DNA of 64,000 bases from an uncultured Ruminiclostridium sp. GTDB taxonomy: Bacteria; Bacillota; Clostridia; Oscillospirales; Ruminococcaceae. The stretch lies in NCBI GenBank assembly GCA_910585505.1, contig CAJUFF010000001.1, forward strand, positions 23,579 to 87,578, in the 5' to 3' direction. Position numbers and translations under genes: made by a program. The notes beneath the pieces were generated by a model. The model did not search any database, had not been told where the DNA came from, and saw only the letters and a list, made by a program, of their open reading frames with translations. Positions 9,124 to 18,100 of the stretch are shown piece after piece (position 1 is the stretch's first letter; every line of letters begins with the position of its first letter).

Positions 9124-12100
9124 TTAAATATCCGCCTTTTGTCCGCGATTCCTTTGTATGCCTTCAATACCTTGATAATAAAGCGTTACGAGGAATATCA
9201 GCGAAATGGCGATATATTTTTGTAATTTACCCTTTTTGCCGAAAGCTACAAGCTTAGCGATCTTCTTTTTTCTTTCTTCTTCGACTTCAACATCGGAAGC
9301 GTGATTGAAGTATATCATTCCTACCGCCGTAAGCCCCGACGCCATTGTCACAAAGATAAAGACTGAAATACCGGGATCGCCCGTGGGCATCGGCGGGTCG
9401 TAATCGTCGCTTACGTTAACCGAATCGGTATAGGCTATTGCGTAAGGCGAGAAGCGGTCGGTGGAGATTGTAACGGTGTCGGCGCTGTTGTCAAGGTCAC
9501 GGAGAACCGCAGCGCTGCCGTCATGTGATCTTATTACTCTGAATCTTCTGCCGCTGTTCTTTAAGCTGTTGGGAATGTCAATGGTTATGGTTATGGGAGC
9601 GCTTGTATGTGTAATTCTTTCCCTTACGCCGTCCACTACCTTAAACAGGCTTATGTCAAGATATTCCCCTAACTTATACTCACCGAGAGCCGCGCTTATT
9701 ATCGCGCGGTCACGGAGACTTACCGTGCCGTCCCCTTCGGTAACAGAAAGAATTATTCTGACTTCCGAGGTACCGTTTATCAGCTTGTCGCGCTCCTCTT
9801 CGTTAAGCACCGCCTTGATGAGACTCGACGTGCTGTCCGCTATGGAAGCGTTCAGCGAATTATCTCCCTTTTCAACTTCAAAGCCGTATTTTCCGTTAAA
9901 ATCGGATTCGTCCGGTATATTGTCGGAGGGAGGATTGGTTATAGGCGGTTTTTCGGTAGCTTCGGTTTCCCATGGCTGGGGAGGAGTTGTTGTACCGCCG
10001 TTATTTCCGCCGCTGTCATCTCCCGGAACGGGCGGTTTGGTGGTGCCGCCGTTCCCCGACGTGGTTGTGGGAGGAGCAAAGTTGCCGCTGCCGTTATTGT
10101 CGCCAGTTACTGGAGGCTTGGGATCATCGGGACCGGGTCCGGGATCTACGGAAGAACCGACAAGCTTTTCGCGTCCACATACGGAGCAGCGGTAAACCGT
10201 CTTTCCGTCGCGCTTTTCGCCGGTATCTACCCAATCGTGGTCGCCGTATCCGCTGCCGTCAAGATCTCCGTCCTTGATGGGATCGTAATCCCCTCTTTCA
10301 CAGTCGTGCCAGTGGCTGTTGTCATCGCTGTTCCAGCCGTCTTCCCAGATATGGTTGTAGCTTACCTTTCCGCAGATGCGGCACTCGCTTTCTCCGTGCT
10401 CTTCACCGTAGTCGTGTACGTGACCGTCGTTCTGATCCACGTATTTTCTGAATTCTTTTTCCACGCTTCTTATGGGCAAACCGTAAATAGTCTTAGGAAG
10501 CGATATTTTTGTCTTGCCGTCGGGAAGATCGATTCTTGTTACGTCTACCCACTTCTTGTCTTCGTTTATCTTATAAGTTATCTTTTCGATATCCTTTCCG
10601 AAAAGGTCGGACTTCAGGCCGCTGGGAATGTACATTCTGCGTATTTTGCTGCCCGCGAAAACATTGTCGCCTACCGATCTGATTCCGGGCGGGAGTGTGA
10701 TTTCGTCAAAGCTTCCCATATCAACAAAAGCGTTATCGCCGATATAAGTCACGCCTTCTTTTATAAAGATTGCGTCTATCAGGTCGGCGTATTGCGTCCA
10801 AGGGGCGTTTTTGCCGCTGTCCACATTGTAATCGTACATTTCGCCTTCGCCTTCGATAACAAGGCGCTTGTTTTTCTCGTCAATGTACCATGTTACCTTA
10901 TCGCCGCATTCGCCGCTTATTATATCGCAGATTGTGCAGCGTCTCTCGCCTTCATTATGATAGTGAATATGGGTATCGGTATTTACATACTTTCTGTATT
11001 CCTTAGCTACTTCCACTACCTGATGATTGAGAATAACATTGGGTACGTCAACTGTTTTTCCTTCGGAAATCTCAATTTTGGTTATTTTCACGCTGCTGCT
11101 GTCGATAAAGCGATATTTGAGTACCGCCGTATCTTCGGGTACGGTAAGCGCCGCTGACGTGCTGTCGGAAAGAATTATCTTCTTAAGCGTCGTACATCCC
11201 GCAAACGCGTTGGAAGCAACCTTTCTTATATTTTCATCAAGTATAAGCGTACTGCCGTTTTCCGAATTGCCCGCAAGAGAGATACAGTTTTCAAAGGCTC
11301 TTTCGCCGATTTCAGCAAGGCTAACGGGGAAAGCTTCGCTTACGTCGGAAAGAACCGCAAGACCGCTGAAAGCGTAAGCGCCTACGGACTTAACACCGTC
11401 TCTTATTACCAGCTTCTTAATAACGTCCTTATGTTCTTTTTTCCATGGAGCGGGATTTGACGGAGAGTAATCGTACATCTCTCCCGTATCGGCTTCGGTT
11501 GAGGTCAAGCCCTCGCGAAGCTTGATTTCAAGCGTATCGCCGTTCAATTTCCATACCACTCCCACGCCGCAAAGTCCGCCGTCGTCGTTGCAGAGAACAC
11601 AGACGCCCTCGTTATAGCAATGCTCGTGATTGTCGATATCCAGATATACGCCCAAATCTTCTATTTTTCCCACATTGATATTGGTTTTGCCCTCGCCTAA
11701 CCTTGCCGCCGCGATATAGTCCCTTCCGTCGGCTCTGCGCTCGTAGTATACAAGGCTTGCCGTTTGAGTATAACCGCGATTGTCGATGACGTTTCTCGGC
11801 GTGAGTATGATATCTAACTTTCCGCATTCGGAGAAAGCATAGTTGCCTATCTTCTCGATTCCAAGCGGAAGCTTTACGGTTTCAAGTGCGCCGCAGTCGG
11901 AGAAGGCATATTCGCCTATGGATTTAAGACTGTTTTTGAATATCAGTTCTTTTATGCCACCGCATCCGCTGAACGCTTTCTTTCCTATCGTCTCAAGGGA
12001 ATTCGGAAGCGTAAGGCTGAACAGATTCTCACAGCCCGCAAAGGCTTCGTCGTAAATTTCCGTTACGCCTTCGGGAATTGAAACTATTCTGATGTCTTTG

Positions 12101-15100
12101 ACCTCGTTGCCGCTTATCACATTGCCCTGACCGTATCCGCCTATGGCTTTTACGGGTATTCCGCCTATGGAAGCGGGGAATTTCAATTCCCTGTTATTAC
12201 CTAATTGAGCCTTAACTATCCTTAAGGCGGATTCATTGTCAAGCCGATAAGTAAATCTGTTATAGGAAGCGGTTTCGGCCTTAATTACTGTTCCTTCGGG
12301 TATTGCTATATAATCAAGGCTGTCCTCAAAGGCTGTTTTATCAATACTGATATTGTGTCCCGCCGCGGGGAGTTCTACATACTTAAGAGAATTACAGCCC
12401 GCGAAAGCGCCCGCTTCGATATTTTCAACGGACTTAGGCAGATTGACATTCTTTAACTGCCCGCAATCCTTAAAGGCGTTTACGGGAATAGTTTTCACTC
12501 CCTCCGGGACGGTCACGGAAGCAAGGGACGTGTTTCCGACAAAGGCATTGCTGCCTAAATTTTTAAGAGTTAAAGGAAGCTTTACATTAGTCACCTTTTC
12601 ACAGTTCATAAAGGCATTTGCGGAAATTCCGGTTATTCCTTCATGCACCTCGATATTTGCGATAAAGTCGTTCCATTCAAGCCAGGGAGCAACATCGCTG
12701 CCGGTGTAGTCCTTCATTTTTCCCGTGCCTGTGATATGGAGCGTTCTTGTTTCCCTGTCAATGTACCATGTTGCATTGGAATTACCGTTTATATCCTCTT
12801 CGCTGCCGCAGTTTCCGCCCGCAAAGTTGCAGAGAACACAGAAGCCCTTGTACAGGCAATGAACGTGGTCGGAAGCAATTTTCATATAGCTCTCAAAGCC
12901 CGTTACGGCGTTCTGCCCGTTTCCGAGCTTTCCTTCGGTAACCCACTTATTTCCGTTTCCGTCAACACGGTATACCACATAGCCGCAGTTGTCTTTTCTG
13001 AAATCATAACTGCCCGTGTTTCCGGTATGGCTGTTGTCATAACGCTTTGCCAACGTCTGAGGAATAGCGATAAGCGCGTTGTCGGCGATATTTCCGAATA
13101 CGCTTGTTCCCATTTCGGAAACGGTGCTCGGTATGATTACAAAGGCCTTGTCAAAGCCGCAGTTTGCGAAAGCCTCCGTGCCTATTGACAACAGACCCTC
13201 GTAAATGGGGATATTTTTCAATTTTCCGCAGCCGAAAAACGCTCTGTCGCCTATTCTCTGTACGGAAGACGGAAGTCCCGCTTTTTCAAGAGAAGTGCAT
13301 CCCTCAAAGGCGGATTTTCCTATCGAAACAATCTTGTTATTTTTGACGATAAGCTCCTGAAGGTCGGTTCTGTCCTTAAAGGCGTTGTTTCCTATTTCCG
13401 TTAGGAGCGAATTTTCGGGTATCGTTACGGTAACAAGACCCTGCTGCGCCTGAGCGTCCTCGGATAAAGCCATGAAATTGCGTGAATCGGCGCGTGTAAA
13501 GGCTCCGTCACCTATCGCAACCACGGGAAGCCCCGCTATCTCGGTGGGAATGACAAGATGATGCACATTTGCTCCGGGACGGGCATAGGTTATTCTTACA
13601 CCCACTCCTTCGGGAGCGTATTTGAAATAGGTTGCGTTGGGGAATTCGTCCTCGTCGAAGGTGTACCTGCACCCGTCGGGAGCAACTATATAGGTAAGAT
13701 TTGTACAGTCGCTGAACGCGTCCTCGGAAACGGTTCTCGTATCCACGGGAAGCTCTATGGAGGTAAGGTTGATACAGCCGCTGAAAGCCCCTTCCCTTAC
13801 ATACCTCAGGTCGGCGGGAAGCTTTATTGTTTCCAGAGTGCGGCATCCCTTGAAGGTGTCCTTCTTAAGCTCGCTTATGCTCTTGGGAAGCTCAACGTTC
13901 TTAAGGTTTATATCGTCCTTGAACACGCCTTCGCCGAGATTTATTATACCGTCGGGAAGGTCGATGCTTACAAGTGAAATACAGTCGCTGAACGCGTAGT
14001 CCTCCACCGTTTCAAGGCTCTCCGGAAGAGTTACCGACTGAAGACGGAGACAGTGTTCAAAAGCTCCGCCGTCAATAAGGGTTATTCCTTCGCCTATCTC
14101 AATGGTGTAGATTCTGTCCTTAAATTCGGTCCATGTTCCGAAGTACTCGGCGGAATCGTGGTCTATCACGCTTTCGGCGCCGTTTTCGGTATAGATTTTA
14201 AGGTTGCCCTTTTCATCCAATGTCCACCATGCGTTGGGGCCGCATTTTCCGCCCCTGTCGCCGCAGAGAATACACTGATTATGAATATTGAAGCAGTGGA
14301 AATGAGGCGGATTTTCTCTTACGGAAAAACCTACTGGATAATCAAGAACGGTTTCATAGGTGCTTCTTCCATTGTCGGAGGTGCCGTCAATTACCTTAAA
14401 TACTTCTTTGTTCTGGTCGTAAACCGCTATGCGAAGCTTATGAGATACCGCGTCGGCGGTGGAAATAACCGATTCGCTGTGTTCACCGTCGGCTCCGTCG
14501 ATATAATCGATTTTCACGGCAGTGGGAGCGTAAATCGCAGCCAAGCCGACACAGCCGTCAAAAGCGTTAAGCTTCAGATTTCCCCCTCTTGAGGTAAAGG
14601 GAAGAACCACATACTCAAGCTCGGCACAGTCTCTGAACGCGTATTCTCCAATAGCGGTCACCCCTTCGGGTACAACCGCATACCTAAGCTTGGCGCACCC
14701 GTCAAAGGTTCCCTTCTTGATTTCGCGTAGACCGGAGGAAAGGGTTACGGTTTCAAGCTTATTGCACATATGGAAAGCTTCCATGCCCAATTCGGATACC
14801 GTATCGGGTATGATCATTTCCGTAAGTCCCACACAGCCCTCAAACGCCTGCGTTCCTATGGTTATGAGACCGTCCGGAAGTATAAGCTCTTTAAGCCATG
14901 TACAGCCCTCAAAAGCAAAGTCGTTTATTGTGACAAGCGTTGAAGGAAGATTTACCTTAGGCTCATTGCCCTGGTTAAATGCGGTATTTGCCTTAAAGGC
15001 TCTCGAACCTATTTCGGTAACGGGATAGCCCATTATATAGTCGGGAATGGTAACGGTAGTTCCGGGAACTGGCTTTACCTCCGTGATAATCCTGTCGCTC

Positions 15101-18100
15101 TTTAAATTTGTATTGTCGGTCAGCGCATATTTTACCAATGTAACGGGATTGGGAGTAAAATTGCTTTCCGCAAAACTGTTGGGTATTACCGCAAAAATAA
15201 GATTGTCGCAGTTGCTGAAAATGCTGTCTCCGCCGGAAACACCCACTGGAACAACTATTTCCTTAAGACTTGTGCAGCCGTCGAAGGCTTCCTTACCGAA
15301 AGAAGTAAGATAAAGTGAAAGCTTTGCGGAAGCAAGATTAACGCATTTTGCGAAAGCTCTTTGTCCGATTGTGGTAACGGTATCGGGAAGCACTATTTCG
15401 GGAAGACTCGAACAATTCTCAAAGGCGCCGTCGCGGATATATTTAAGATTCTGAGGCAGCCTGGCGGTTTCCGCCGCTCCGATATTTTTCAGCATTCCGC
15501 AGTTCCTGAAAGCATTGGTCTCAATGGATTCAAGGGCGCTGTTATCTGCTATGTAAACTACCCTTAGATTTGAAGAGGATTCAAAAGCGCTTGCGCCTAT
15601 TGTCTTAAGTGTTGAGGGAATATGAACGGTGGTAAGATTGGGACAGTCCTTAAAGGCGTTTCTGCCTATGGTGGTCATGCCTTCGTTGATTACCACCTCA
15701 CGTATTTCGTCCTTAAGAGAAGCCCACATCTCCTGATAGTGGATATAATCGTCGGAAGCAGTGTCGGTGCTTTCCACCATATCCCACATTACGCCGTCGC
15801 CGCCATCCTTGCTGTTGATAATGATGGTATAACGGTTCTTATCGTATACCCATGTGGCGGTTTCGCCGCATTTTCCGCCCTGCTGCTTACAAAGAACGCA
15901 TTCGCGGGTCTTGTTAAAGCAGTGCTTGTGGTCTTTCCAGACAATCAGCCAGTCGTCGATTACGTCGTTTTCGTTTTTGATCCTGTTCTGCCAGTTGTCA
16001 TCATTTCCGAATACGGCGGAGGTGATCTGAGGCACATTGTCTATTTCGCGGTAAACAATTACGGTGGTAGTGTCATTTGTAGGTATATCGTAAGCGTTTA
16101 TCACCGCGTAGGAAATATCGGCTCCGCTTGGGTTTACTTCGGGTATTTCAAGAATTGCGAGACTTGTGCAGCCCTCAAAAACGGTAGGGCTTATAACGTT
16201 TTCCAATGTCAAAGGCAATACCGCCTTGGTTAAAGCGGAGCAGCCCGCAAAAGCGCTGTCCGCGACAGTCGTTAAAGCCGTTCCTCTGAAATCCGCTACA
16301 TCGGGAGTATTAGAGGTATTTACCGCCTTCAAGCTGTTGCACGCGCCGAAAGCAAGCTCGCCTATCTCGGTTAGCGAAGAAGAAACAACTACGCTTTCCA
16401 AAAGCGAACAGTTTTCAAAAGCACTTTTCGGGATAACGGTGACTCCGGCGGGGAGAGATACGATTTGAACCGCAGCATCTTTAAATGCCGCCTCTCCGAT
16501 ATGGTTCACGGACTGAGGTATATTTATCTCAACCACGCGGGAGCCGGACGGATCAGTGCTTCCAAAGCCCTCAAAAGCGCGGTCGGCAATATAAGTAACG
16601 GTGTCGGGAACGGAAACCTTTTTTATATTCCGAACATTGCCTTTATACACGCCGTTGATATTCGTAACGGGTACGCCGGGGAATATATTGGACGGTATCT
16701 CTACCTCTACATCTGTGCTTCCCGCGGGAACACATATTCCCAGAACGGAGCTTCCGTCGTTGCTGTACACCAAAACGGCCGCATTCCGGCTTGAAAGGTC
16801 GATGTCGGGGGTGTTGGGCTTGTATCTGTCCGCAAAGCTGTCGGGGATAAGAAGGTTGATGAGATCCGGACAATTCGCAAATGAATTTTTCTCAATGCTT
16901 ATAATAGAGGAAGGGATAATAACCCCGCCGCTGAGACCGCTTCCGCTGAAGGCTTCGGCGGCTATTGTCTTAATATTTGCGGGCAGTTCGATATTTCTGA
17001 GAGCCGTACAGCCGGCAAAAGCGCTGCCGCCGATATCCGAAAGAACGGAAGCCGCCTCAAAAGTAACGGAAGCAAGATTGACGCAATCCTTGAAGGCTTC
17101 GGCGCATATGCTTACAACGCCTTTTCCTATAAGAACGTCCTTAACGCTGTCCTTATAGTTATCCATCCAAGGATGATAAGCTACTTCCCCGTCTCCCGTC
17201 ACCGAAAGATGACCCGTCTCTATATTAAGCGCCCATGTCGTCTGTGTGGGATCGTCGTCGGGGCCGCAGTTTCCGCCTACGGTGCCGCAAAGAATGCAGA
17301 TGTTGTTATTGTTGAAGCAGTGGTTATGACCGTCGGATACGGGATAGTTGAGTTCGTAGGGCTGAAGCCTGTCGCGGTCAAATCCGTTGGTGAGAACGGC
17401 TCCGGTTATCTGCCTTCCGTCAGCCGTATCGCCGTAAAGAAGGAGTACTGCCTGAGTTTTGTTGTCGGCGGTAAAGAACACATTTTTATACTGATCGTAT
17501 AAATCTTTTCTCAAAGTAATGAAGGGATTATTGTGCATTCCCATATAATCGGTAGCGTCAAAGAACACATCGGTCCCCAGTTCGGTCACCGAGTCGGGAA
17601 TAATCACGTTCTTGTAGGTCACACAATTTTCAAAGGCATGCGCCCCTATCTTTTCGATGGTAGAGGGATACACCACTTCAATAAGATCCTTTGCTCCCTT
17701 AAAAGCGTAATCGCCTATATTGCGGACGCCTTCCTGAATTACAACGGTTCTGATATTTTCCATTACGCTGTGCCAGGGCGCATTTTCGCCCTTGCTGTAA
17801 TCGTGCATATATCCGCTGCCGTTTGTAAAGAAGGTAAGAACGTTATTTCCGTATCCCTCGACAAAGCTGTCAAAACGCCAGCCCACCTCATCCTCGGGAA
17901 GTACGCCGGTATTTCCCAATACCTGACCGCAGACGGGACATGTGTTTGTGTCTTTATCAAGGTAAGTGTGCTTACAACTGTTTTTATTTACCAAATCATG
18001 ATAGTTATTATCAACTTTAACTACCGCCTTGCCGCAGATAGTTTCCGGCATGCTGATTAAAGCGTTTACTTTGCCGGGGATTATCTCGGTGACCTCAACC

